In this document: positions 13,330 to 25,490 of the stretch, in pieces
Numbering within the stretch: the first letter of the stretch is position 1
Layout: every line of letters begins with the position of its first letter
Position numbers and translations under genes: made by a program
Notes under the pieces: generated by a model
Database searches by the model: none
What the model saw: the letters and a program-made list of their open reading frames with translations, nothing else
What the model was told of the DNA's origin: nothing
DNA from: Vicugna vicugna
Taxonomy: Eukaryota
Direction: 5' to 3'
Length of the DNA: 64,000 bases
Assembly: GCA_013265495.1 (NCBI GenBank)
Contig: MU058423.1
Coordinates: 1,005,061 to 1,069,060 of the forward strand

Positions 13330-16300
13330 CATGATGGTGTAAGTAGACCATCTTACAACAAACAGCTAAAACACCAGACAAAAGATATGAAACAACTGTT
13401 TTCAGACCTTGGACGATAAGCAGTACAGCTCTGTGATCTCTGAGAGATGGGAAGGAAATGAAGCGGGACCTACAACTGCACTGGCTTTCTGCCTGGAGGG
13501 GCTTTTCAGACTGTGATGCAGGGAGAAAGAACTCAAGCAGAGAAGTTATCAGAGAAATGGGAGTTATGCAAAGAAAATTCCAGAAATCTACAGGGGGTCC
13601 ATCTAAGTCTGTGGCCAAACACTAAGCCAGGCATGTGGGATGAAACTCTATAAGGTAAGACAAAAAATAAATAGGAAATCTATAAACTGAACAATTCCCT
13701 GAATGCTGGGAAATACTGAAGTTCTAAAGTTTTCTTTATTGAAAAATAGGCACCATATTAAGCCATCAAGCAGGCTAACATAATGGGTAACCAGAATGGC
13801 AGGGGGGAGGGGGCTGAATAATAAAATAAATAAAATACTTTCAAAATGTGATAAAAATTATAAATCCACAGATCCAAGAAACTCAATGAGCATTTTCCTC
13901 AATATAAACACAAAGGAAAGCATAAGGCACAATAATCAAATCTCTGAAAAGTTGTCAAAAAGAGAACATTTTACAAGAAGCCAAAGGAAAAAGTTTAGAT
14001 ACAGAGGAACAAAGTTAAGAAAATATATAGACTTCTTGAGAAGCTATGCGAGACAGAAGAAAATACATCTTTCAAATGCTTAAAGAAAAAATGGTCAACT
14101 CAGAATGCTAAGTACATTGAATATATCCTTCAAAAATGAAAAGTGAAATAAAATTTTTTCAGATCCAAAAAAAGAAAGAATAGCTGGGAGGGTGAAGGGG
14201 GAATGTTCAACAGCAGACACTTAAAAAGAGCAAAGAAAATTCTTCAGGGGGAAGAAAATGATAACAGATGAAAATGCAGATCTATATAAAGGAATGACAA
14301 TTACTAAAGAAATAACAATACCAGAAATTTTGAGTGCGAGTAAATATACAAGACTTTCTTGGCCTCTTAGAGTAAAAATAACAATATACCACAGGGTTTA
14401 CAACACATGCATAAGTAAAATATATTATAATAATAGCACAAGCAAAGTAAGGGAACTGGAAGTATAGTGTTCAAGGTTCTCACGTTGTATCTGGAGAAAT
14501 ACAATATTATTTGAAGGTAAACTGTTATATGTTACAGATGCATATTATAAATCCTACAGCAACCACAAAGGGTGGGTGAGGAGTGGGGGGAAGAGGCATA
14601 ACTAGTAATTCAAAAGCTGATATAATATGGAATACTCAAAAATTTCAATTCATCCCAAGAAGGAAAAATACAAACAAGCAAAAAAAAAAAAAAGAACAAA
14701 AATGGGAAAAATACAAAACAAATAGGACAGAATTAAAAAGCAACCACATCATTACATTAAATATAAATCACCTATTCTAATATTCCAACATTCCAACTCA
14801 ATGGCAAGATAAAAAAGCAAGACCTAACTATATGTTATTCTCAAGATACAAACTTTAAAGATACAAGAAAAGTTAAAAGTAACATTTATTGGTGACAAAG
14901 GCACAGTTGGTACTAATATTTTTACTGTGGTTTGTTGCCTACATTCAAATAGAAACAAATACTAAACTTCATTTAGAGGTAAGTAAAAAATAAAGATGTA
15001 TCTTTTTTTCCTATACAAGTGTTGGGGACCCTAGATTATGAATCCTTACCTGTTAGAAGCAGTTAGCGTATTAGTTTACTCTAGTCAGACTGTTCTCAAA
15101 ACTTTTGGTTTCAGGTTTTCCTTATACCCTTTTACATTCTTAAGAACTTTTGCTTATATGGGTTGTCAGGAAAGGTTGTTGGATTTTTTTCAAATACTTT
15201 TCTTGCATCTATTGGCATTATATGGTTTTTTTCTTTTACCAATACGTCCACTCTGACAGCTTCTATTCAGCACTGTACTATGCTATGTATAGTAGGTTCT
15301 AGCCTATGCAAAAGGAAGAAGTAAAACTCTTTTTTTCAGATGACATGCTCTTGTATGGAGAAAATCCTAAGGAATATACAAAAAAACTACCAGACTAATA
15401 AGTGGATTTAGCATGTTTCAGAAAAAAAGTTGACACAAAAAAAGCAACTGTATTTCCATATACTGGCAAAGAACAACTGGAAATATTTAATATACCACGT
15501 ACAACAGCATCCAATAAGAAATAAAATACTTACAGATGGATGTAATAAAATATGTGCAAGACTTGTGTACTGAAACTACAAAACATGGCTAGTTAAGTAC
15601 TTAATAATTAGTGAGACTCACCAAACTATACTATATTAAGATATGTCCATATCATTAAGATGTCAGCTCTCCCAAAGTTGGTCTATAGATTCATTACAAT
15701 CACAATCAGAAGGTTTCTTTTTTATAGAAGCTAACAAGATGATTTCAACATTTATATGAAAATGCAAATAACTTAAAATAGCTACCACAGGTTTGAAAAA
15801 GTCTTACACTATCTGATTTCAAGAAATACTATAAAACAACAATGAAGACAGTGCTGTATTAGCCTAATACAAATAGTACAAACAAACATAGATCAGTGGA
15901 ATCAAATCAAGTCCAGACTTAAAACCATGCATATATGTTCCACTCATTTTTAACAAAGGGATTGTGGTCCCATCCTCCCCATGGCCCCCAATGCTCCAGG
16001 CCTCCTGGTATTCATAACTTGAGCTGTTCCCTCTCATATTCATATCCTTGTGTGCTTTCTTCCCATGCAGACTCAAGACTGGTCATGTGACCAATAGAAT
16101 ATGGCAGAAGTGACTTTCAAGATTAGTGCCTAAAAGGCACTGTAGCTTGCACCATGGTCTCTGAGATCATTCCCTTTAAGAGAAGCTACCACCATGTAAT
16201 GAGGACACTTAACCAGACCTTCAGAGAGGCCTTTTACCAATAGCTAGCACCAATTTGCCAACCATGAACCAGCTACTTCTGAAGCCTGTCAGGTAACTGT

Positions 16301-16930
16301 AGCCTCATGAGACCATGAGACTCTTCCAATCAAGCCACTTCCAAGTCTGTGATCCTCAGAAACTGCGAGACAATAAGTGATTACTGTTGTTTTAGGACAG
16401 TAAGATTTGGGTTAGACATACAATGTGTTATACAAGAATACAGGGGCAAAAGAAATTCAGTGTGTAAAAGTCTTCAACAAGTCAAACTGGGGAGGAAAAA
16501 AAAACCCCTTTAACTCTTATTTTTGTTCATACTAGCCAAAATCTAGAAACAACCAAAGTATCCATCAAGAGGTGAACAGATAAACAGATAAACAGATAAT
16601 CAATGGAATACTATTCAGCAGTAAAAAGGAATGAACTACTAGTAGAAGCAACAACGTGGATGAATCTAAAAAACATGCTGAGCAAAATAAGCCAGACACA
16701 AAAGAGTGAATACTGTTATGATTCCACTTATATAAAACTCTAGAAAAGACAAAACTAAGTTAAAGTGCCAGAAAGCTACTTGGGACCAGTGATGACTACA
16801 AAGGAGCATAAGGGAATTTTTCAGGGTGAAGGAAATGATCTGTACCTTGATTGTGGTGGTGGTTACATGGGTATATACATTTATCAAAACTTACTGAACT
16901 GTACATTTAAAATAGGTGCATTTTATTACA
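13330..16930 (+). mobile_element. Old degraded L1 (ORF1/ORF2 remnants and 3' region) with nested MLT1 and hAT-Charlie fragments
   Basis: A-rich L1-like sequence (tatccttcaaaaatgaaa; tcagatgacatgctcttgtatggagaaaatcctaagg; caatggaatactattcagcagtaaaaaggaatgaact). Charlie-like ends near 14900-15165. Confidence 0.72.
15965..16440 (+). mobile_element. MaLR LTR (MLT1 family)
   Basis: gtgaccaatagaatatggcagaagtgac...cctcagaaactgcgagacaataagtgattactgttgtttta. Confidence 0.7.
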
Positions 16931-17018
16931 TGTAAATTATAGCTCAACAGGATTAACTGAGGAAATTAAATGGGGGGAAAAAAGGGGACATTTCTCAGAA
17001 TAATAGTTACATATATAC

Positions 17019-17360
17019 TGTTATAAACTGAATACATCCCCCCAAATTCTTATGTTGAAACCCTTCCCCCAGTGTGGGACCCTTAGGAGGTAATTAGGAT
17101 TATATGAGGTGATAAGGGCAGAGTCCTCATGAATGGGATTAGTGCCCTTGTAAGAGTCCCAAGAACTTGCTTCTCTGTCTTATATCCATGTGAGGATGTA
17201 AGACAACCAACTACAAGCCAGGAGGTGGATCCTTCCAGACACCTAATCTGCCCGTGTCCTGATCTTGGACTTCCAGCCTCCAGAAAAGTGAGAAATAAAT
17301 TCAATTGTTTAAGCTACTCAGACTATGGTAATTTATTATAGCAGCCTGAACTGAGAAACA
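17019..17360 (+). mobile_element. MaLR solo LTR (MLT1A/B-like)
   Basis: TG...CA ends; ccccaaattcttatgttgaaa; ctcatgaatgggattagtgcccttgtaag; tcttggacttccagcctccagaaaagtgagaaataaat. Confidence 0.82.
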
Positions 17361-17419
17361 CAGTTAAGGATAAAGAAATTAGTATACCAGGCAACAGACG
17401 TGACAGCAAGAATGATTGT

Positions 17420-18560
17420 TGTTCTGAATCAAATATTTACAAAATATCTCCCAGGTACCAGTCCTATACTAGGTGCCAGAGACTGTATGTATGTATGTAT
17501 GTAATACACACACATACACACACCTTTCCTTTCCTCAAGGAACTCATAGAGAAAAAAGTGCATAACTATAATACGATGTAAACAAAGTTATTACAGAGAC
17601 AAGATTAAAGGGTTGGGGAAGGATGGAGGAACAGAGAAGAGTCCAGGATAGTTTTTTAATGGAGGTTACATAAAAGCTAAGTGAAAAACTGAATAGGAAT
17701 GTTACAGGTATATAAAGAAGGGCATTCTAAGCAGTGGAAACAGCTTGAGCAAATACTAAAAATTATTAAATACAGAAGATTCAGGCAATATCACATAGTT
17801 CAGCATGGCTACAGTACAACACAGTTTAAAAATAAGATGGAAAGTGAAGCCAGGTGTGCAGACTGGGTTATACTGGCAAAGGCATTTGCCATGTTCAAGA
17901 GTTTACTTTTTATTTGGTAAGCAATGGGGAGAAAAAAATTACTTTTTAAAAAAAGTAGTATTGTTAGATATAAATTTTAGAAAGATAACTGATAACAGTA
18001 TATAAAACAGACTGAAGAAAAGAGAGACCAGAGGCAGGGAGAACAGCGAGGAAGCAGATGTAATAGCTCAGGTAGGGAATGAGACAGGCCTGTACAGAAG
18101 CACTAGGACTGAAGAGGGGGCAGTGGTTTTCTGAAGCCAAAACCGACAAGACTCTGTAGCTCATTAGAGGTTATTATTAAGGAGAATGAAGAAGAGTCAA
18201 GGATAACTCTTAGATGGCTACGTTGGGCAAATTAGGTGGCTTGGTGGCATACCTCCATTAAGACAGGAAATAACAAAAGGAGGTTTGAAAAGAAAGTTAA
18301 TACTTTCTACCAAAAATTAAGTTTGAGATTCCTATGGGGAAAGCAGGTAGAGGCATTCGATAGATATTTTAAAATCCAAGTCTAGAAGCTCAGTAGAAAC
18401 CAATGGGCTGGAGGTACAGACTTAGGAGTAGGTGTTTTAAAAGATGGTAGTAGCTGAAACCATAGCAGATGAGATCAACCAAGGAGAATTTATTCAGTGA
18501 AAACAGAAAATAGCTGATAACTGAGCTCTGAGAAACAATCACAGTTTACTATATAGATGG
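17420..18560 (-). mobile_element. LINE-2 fragment
   Basis: cctcaaggaactcatag; gaggcagggagaac; gagtcaaggataactct; gggctggaggtacagacttaggagt. Confidence 0.65.
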
Positions 18561-20149
18561 ACAGGAAACCTGAGGAAAAAGTGAGGTGGGAGAGGTTTAT
18601 GTTGGACTCTAGTCATCCTATACCTCTACCTGTATCAAGTAATTCTTTCATTTCTATTGGGGGTGGGGGGGCTGTCTGTTAAACATAAGAGCATGTATTT
18701 CATCCAGACAGATCCCCATATCCATAACCCTCTTTCCAGGCCCCCAGTGCTGTCATTTTAACAAGATGTGAATTCATCATCTCTCTAATCCAAAAATGTG
18801 TATCTTTTGAGAGGGAATCCTAATATAGGAAGGTTCATTTATCCTCCCAAACTGCCTCCTAGGGCAACAGAATTTGGGGAAAGCACTTAGACATGGCCAA
18901 ATTATTTTGGGTATTCTGTAACAACAAAATATTTGGCCTCTGTTCCTCAACTCGAGGGGTAAGAGAGTCGACTTCCAAAGTCATTTTTCACACATATTGT
19001 ATGCACAGAAAATTATTTTCTTTACACCTAACAAATACCATGGATTATAAATGTATGCACATATACACACATGCAAATACAAGAATAATATAGCTCAGAT
19101 AAGAAAACACATACAAATCCCCACAGGGAACAGTGTAGATTAATATTTTTTAAAAGGGGGTTAGTTCTAACCCATTATTGCCAAGTTAGAAAACCACTAT
19201 GCTCTTCCAAGCAAATCCCATGCCTTTTTATGGAAATCTCTTGTGCCCTGCACTGAACACAGCACCAGAAAATTTCTTACTCTGGTTAAGATTCCCTGAC
19301 AAATAAGGAGGACAAGAATAAACATTACACTATATTTACATTTTAAGTCAATTTTGAGTCTCTAACACTATGGTCCAAGTTATAATACAACAATTTTTTC
19401 ACTCTTCGAACTTCAGCAAAACTACTTCTGAATTTCATGAAACAATGTAAGTTGATTACCCTGTGATGTAAATAGATCCCAACTTTGTTGTTTCTTTTTA
19501 GAATTATTTAAACTACTTACAAGATGAAATAGTTTCTCTTACATAACTGAACCTATGAAACAAAATTCACTAAAGGAAATTTAGTTACAGCAAGAAATTT
19601 TGGAGAAAAAAATTTTTACATTAAGGAACACTGAAGGTAGATTCTTAACAAGCAGTTATGTTGTTGGTTATATTTAAATATTTACAAAAGTTGTGAATAT
19701 TTTAAATCTGACAACTGACCACAAAATGTTGGGGATGGATGGGGATGGTGGTAAGTAAATATGGAAATTATGGAAAGACAACTTTCTAAAATAAAGAACA
19801 ATGCTCCTCATAGTACACTATAAGGGAAATTCAACTGTTTTTGTACTGTGAAATCACATTATTATCTCACTGAAAGAATTTCTTCTTTGATACTTTCTCC
19901 TCTTGTTCTTCTCAAGACTAGTACTTTGTGGGGAGGATATATATAGGGACAAAGTGATCAGACAGAGTGTACTTATAAATGAAGTTAGTCTTCACACTCT
20001 AAAACCAGGCATACTCAGCCCAACAGCACTTCCTACCCCTTCCCAAGTGAAAGAAGATAAGCTCCTGTAAACAGAAGAGGCCAAGAGCGATTCTCGAAAA
20101 CAGCAGGTAATTAATCACAGATTTGAGGAAAACAAGTTGACAGAGGCAA

Positions 20150-21760
20150 TAAATTCAACAAACAGAATAAAAACCAAAGAAACAGAGTTAAAAGGGCCTA
20201 GAAAAGACTGTAAAATAAATGTAATATCCTTAAAGAAGCCCGTGAAGTTAGTAAATCTACATAAAAGACATATTGGCGACTTAGACATTTTGTTTAAATA
20301 AAAATATGACCATCAAAAAAGTTCAGTAGATGAGCTGAAGAGAAAAATGGATATAGCTGAAAACCAGGCTAGTGAACCAATATACTGAACAACCCAGAGA
20401 GTACAGAACAAAAGGATGGAGATGGAAAGTATGAAAGAAGAAGGCTAAATCTCAAAGCTCTACCAGCTATCTGGCAGGAGGTCTAGAAACAGAAGAGAAA
20501 GAACCACCCAAGAAATCACAGAACACTTCCAAAGGTAAATTAAGAAAGTCAGGAATCTTCAGATTTAAAGTGCCCAACAAATGCCAAACAGCAGCAGCAG
20601 TATCAAAGATCACCGCCATAAAAGGGATTCACAACTGAATGTACTGTAGTTGAATTTCAAACCACTGAGAGTAAACACAAAATCCTAAAAAGCTTCTAGA
20701 GAAGAAAAATACATTCCTCTCCTCTTGAATATGGGCAGACTTAATAAAATAAGCAAAAGTGATGTTGCCTGACTTCTGAAGCTAGAAAGGATGCCAGAGC
20801 TTCCTCCTGGAACTCTCTTTGGAGCCATGTCTCTGGGCCCAGAGCTGTAAGGTTGCCCTGAGGCTGCCACTTTGGAGAGACCACAGAGATGGACAGAGTT
20901 GCCTTAGGAGCCCCAGCTGTGAGTTCTCTCAGACCAGTGAATAAAGATGATCCCAGACAGCCACCATCTGACAGCAACACCGGGAAGAGAGACCTTAGGC
21001 CAAATCCACCCAGCTGAGCCACTCTCTAATTCCATACTCAAGAAACTATGAGTGATAATACATGGTTATTATTTTAAGCCACTACATTTTGAATGGTTTG
21101 ATAACTAAAAGCAGAAGGAAGAAACGGGAAAAAAAAAAAAAAGGAACAAAGAACAGATGGACAACCTGAAAATAAATGGAAAGATGTCAGATACTCCTTA
21201 TATTTCACTAATCATATTAGTAAATGTTCAATAGGCAAAATGAAAATTAAAATACAAGACAAAATATACATAGCAAAAGTTGACAGAACTAAAGAAAAAA
21301 TTAGGCAAATATACAATCATGATTCGATTTTAACATAACTCAATTACTGATAGAAAAGGAAGATAAAATTGGTAAGGATATATACATTTGACCAAATAAT
21401 GAATCGACTTAACCCAATATACATATATAGAACACACCCAATGACTGCAAATTAAACATTTTTCTCAACTGCATGTGCATCATTTCCTGGGGCATAAATC
21501 AGGTCAACAAATTTCAAAGGACTGAGATCATACAGAGTATACATTCTAATCATAATGCAATTAAGCCAGGAATCAATACAAAAATATAACTATATAATCC
21601 TGAAACATGTGTTAAACCTCACAATTCTAAATAATACATGCATGGGTCAAAGAAGAAATCAAGATGGAAAGTAAACAATTAGAACTAAATGATAATAAAA
21701 ATACATATTAAAAATTATTGGAGCTAGTACTACAACAGAAAAAAAAAAAGGAAAATGATT
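20150..21760 (+). mobile_element. Old L1 remnant with a nested MLT1 LTR fragment (about 20720-21110)
   Basis: L1 ORF2-like motifs (caacaaatttcaaaggactgagatcatacagagtat; gggtcaaagaagaaatc). MLT1 motifs cccagctgagcc...ttttaagccactacattttg. Confidence 0.62.
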
Positions 21761-23859
21761 CTAGAAATAGAAAGGTGTAAGAATAAGAAATACACCAAGC
21801 AAATAAATCAGTAAAAATTACAGCTAGGTATCTAATTATCATTGTAAAATATACACAAAAATCTGGAAACAAAACTCCATGATTATTGCAATCTTTGGGT
21901 TGGGAGGAGTTAGGAAGGAAAATAAAGGCATGTTAAAGGTTTTCTCTCCCTTGGGAAAAGGACAAAGATATCAAATCTCTCTTTTTCTACACACTGAAGA
22001 AAATATAAATCTGAACATGAAAAAAATGTAATGTCAACAACTAGGTTACACATAACTTAAATATCACTAGAGGAAAAACAAGCAAAGAAAACTTGACTGA
22101 TTCAACAAGAGTCAGAAAATGAAAACTAAACAGCAGGAAAGAAAGGTAAAGAAAAGATAGTAAGAACAAGACAAAACAGATCAGCAGTCCCAATAAAAAG
22201 AAATCTTCCTAAATCCTACTTTTGCAAACCACAAATGATAAAAGCTTATTCTATGAAGACTATAACGACAAATGTTTTAAAACTTAGAAAATAATACACT
22301 TAAATTACATGTAGCAAATCTTATAATATGTTATATGAATAGCTGGTTTTGTCTCTTCTTATTTGAAATATTGAAGTCAGTATTTAACAATAGAATGCCT
22401 AAACTACAGTAAGTGTTTCTTTCATGGCAATTCCCTCTAGAAACATCTCTAGATATGGTCATCTAGTCCTATGTTCACAAAACAGTCCATTCCATTTCTG
22501 GGTAAGCTGATTGTTAGAGCGCTTTTTACATCGTTATTTCTTTGCAGCCACTTACTGAGTTTCTGCCTCTGATGCTAAAAAGAATAAACAGAATTACTCT
22601 TCCCATTTATGCTCTTTCAAATATTTGAAGACAGTTATTTCCCTCACTATAACCTCTTTTTCAATAAGCAGTCTTATTTTCTTTTTCAAATGATAGCCCA
22701 AAATTCTGTAATCATTCTGTCTCCTCTGCAAAAGCTTTAGTTCTTATACTCTTAAAATAAAAGTAATATACGCTAATTAGTACCATTAGGAGGTATTACA
22801 GCAAAGTTTATAACGAAAAAGAGCAGTCACTATAGCCCCTTAACCTATTTCAAACTTCTAGTTGTTTCTTTTGAGTGTTTTTCTTCATACTTCTAAGTAA
22901 GATATTTATACTACTATCTCTTGGCTTTTAGTTTACATATTACTATTATAGTAGATGAGAATTTCAGTTTTCTTAAACGACACATAGCAAAGTAATATAT
23001 TAATATCACATTTCCTTTTTTGTGTAACTTGTATTTATTCTGGAATTATCTACCAACACATTCCCCACTCAAACTTACCAGATAGTCTACCAATTTCATT
23101 CTCTTCTTTCCTCAGCCCCCAAGATCCTTCCTGGAGCTTGCTGTAATCTGTACCAGAGTTCTCTAGGCCTGCAGACATCTGCCCACCTAGGACTTTTCTA
23201 TGTATGCTTCAAAGTGCCTACCCACAAGTGCAACCATTACTATTTCTACTGCTCCTCCAGGAAATCAGGAACTTGTCCCAGGAAGTCAAAATCTTCTCTA
23301 AGCACTGTTTAATTCAATTGAACAGGGTGAATATGTACTATAGGGCTGGTGACAATACTTTTTTAAAAAGAAAACTCTAAATTATAGATCATTCTCAGCA
23401 TTGTGTCATAATTTTTTGGTACAAGTATCAAAAACTTAAAAAAAAAACACTTTTAAAAGCACAAGGTTTCCACAATTTCTTAGGTTCTTACATTTCCTTA
23501 CTAAATGATGATGCTTCTCTCCTTCTTCTTTATATATTAAAAAGGAACACAAATTCTACTGTTTTAAAAGAAATTCATCCATCAATTATCCCTAAATAAA
23601 TTTTTACCAAAACCTTTCGTAAATTATGACTAAAGACATATTATTCCATTCATCACGCTCTTGAAATTCTCCAAACATTCAGGCAAAGGATTACAATATG
23701 AACCCAACCATCTTACTTATTCAGGAGTAACATTTTTGGCAAGTTTGATAAGTGCTCTTAAAAGGTTAATTATGCTATTATGACAACACATGCAATAATC
23801 TACCATCTGAAATTATTCCTTAAACAAAAATGTGTTAGTGAGTACATTTTTCTTTTATA

Positions 23860-25020
23860 ATAATCTCTGTAGCACCTATAGTTACATTTCCTTTTTCATT
23901 CTTATTGTTTATTATGGTCTTTCTTTCTTTTGATCAATCTGACCAGGTCTGTTAATTTTATTAGTCTTTTTCTAAGAACCAGCTTTGGCTTTGTTGATTC
24001 TTCACTGTTGGCTTGTTTTATATCTGCTTTTGTGTCTATTATTTCCTTCCTTTATTCTGTCCTTTTTCTAATTTAGATTCAGTGTCTGGCTGTTTAATTT
24101 TCAGCCTTTCTTCTTTTCCAGTGAATACCCTAAACCCTCCATCAGGGATTGCTTACCTTCTACCTAAAGTGTATCTTTTTGAATTTGTCTAAGTGATACT
24201 CTATTGATGATAAAATCAGTTTTCATTTTTCTGAAAAATTTATGTACCTACATTCTTGAAAGATATTTTAACTTTAATAGTTATTTATTCTTAGCACACT
24301 GTAATTTTTTTTTTGGTTTCAAGTTTCAATTCTTCCTTTCAATAAACCAGTCTAATTGTAGATCTTTTTTTCCTCCCTTCAGCTAAGACTGCAGAGGAGA
24401 TGATTAATTGTACACTCAGCCACAACTGAGAACAGAACTAGTCCAGAATATCACAGGTCCAGGGCAAAGAATCAAAAGGAACAGTTTGATCTGAGCAAGA
24501 TGGGTCTCTTAAAGGTGGTCGCGGCGATCAGAATGGTGATAGGTGTTCCAGATCACTGAGACAAGTTCTGGACAGCAGGCACGCAGTCTACTTTCCATCA
24601 GTGTCCCTGGCCTCTGGCTTTCCTTGCTTCTGCTCTTGTGGCTTCCATGAGTGTACAAGTTCACTTGGACCTCTGCCTCATCTTTCTTCTTTTGCACTTC
24701 AGCCATTTGCTTCTTCCTCTACCTCGCTCTCACGACACAGAGGCTCAGAAGATGGTGCTAAGGCCGAGAGCTAATTGCAGATCTTTTGAAGGTAATCTGT
24801 CATCTCCCTCTGGCTAATTTTAAGGTCACTGGTTATGTGCAAATTAAACCACAAAGTATGTAGGCTTAGTTTTTTATCTCTCCTGTTTAGGATTTATTTG
24901 ACTTCTTGAATTTGTGCCTTTTTGCAACTTTAGAAATTCTCAATTACAAACTCCTCAAATGTTATTCCTACTTGACTTCTCTTAACATCTGTATTCTGCT
25001 TTGAACTTAGATCTTCTCAT
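23860..25020 (-). mobile_element. Old L1 fragment hosting the RPL41 retrocopy
   Basis: Antisense L1-type text gttaattttattagtctttttctaagaaccagctttggctttgttgatt. Confidence 0.6.
24369..24770 (-). pseudogene. RPL41: RPL41 processed pseudogene (5' UTR, disabled CDS, 3' UTR)
   Basis: Minus strand CTCTCGGCCTTAGCACCAT...GTG AGA GCG AGG TAG AGG AAG AAG CAA ATG [5-nt deletion] G CTG AAG TGC AAA AGA AGA AAG ATG AGG CAG AGG TCC AAG TGA (24733-24661) matches the RPL41 frame [25 protein letters not shown]. An RPL41-like 3' UTR follows. Intronless. 17-bp TSD ctaattg(t/c)agatctttt at 24352-24368 and 24771-24787. Confidence 0.95.
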
Positions 25021-25027
25021 GTTCTTG

Positions 25028-25490
25028 TATTAGTTAGGACTGACACAAGACTAGGTTGATGCAGTGAGACTCTATAGTGGCTTACACAAAGTTAAAGGTT
25101 TTTTTCTCTCTCACGTGACACTTGATAGGGACAGTCCAGGGCTGGTTTGGCAGCTTAGCAGTCTGAGAGTGCTAAGCTCTTCCATCTTGTTGCTGTCATC
25201 CTTAAGAGTACTGCCCTCTTCAACATAGCTAAAAATAGTTCACCACCATGTCCACATTCCAGTCTATGAAAAGGAAGAATGAGGAAGGAAGTGGTGTATC
25301 CCTTTCCTCTTATACGTATAACCCATAAGACTAAAACCTGTGCACCCGTAACTTCCACTTGTATCCAAATTGCTGAAACCTCATCACACAGTTGAACCTC
25401 ACTATCAGAAAGGCAGTGAAATGGAAGCTACTGCTGAACTGCAAAGCATTCAACTTTTATTACTTAGAATGAGAAAGAAATTTGCCACTA
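25028..25490 (-). mobile_element. MaLR LTR (old MLT1-like)
   Basis: tgtattagttagg...agtggcttacacaa...tttttctctctcacgtgac...agtccagggctgg. Confidence 0.6.
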
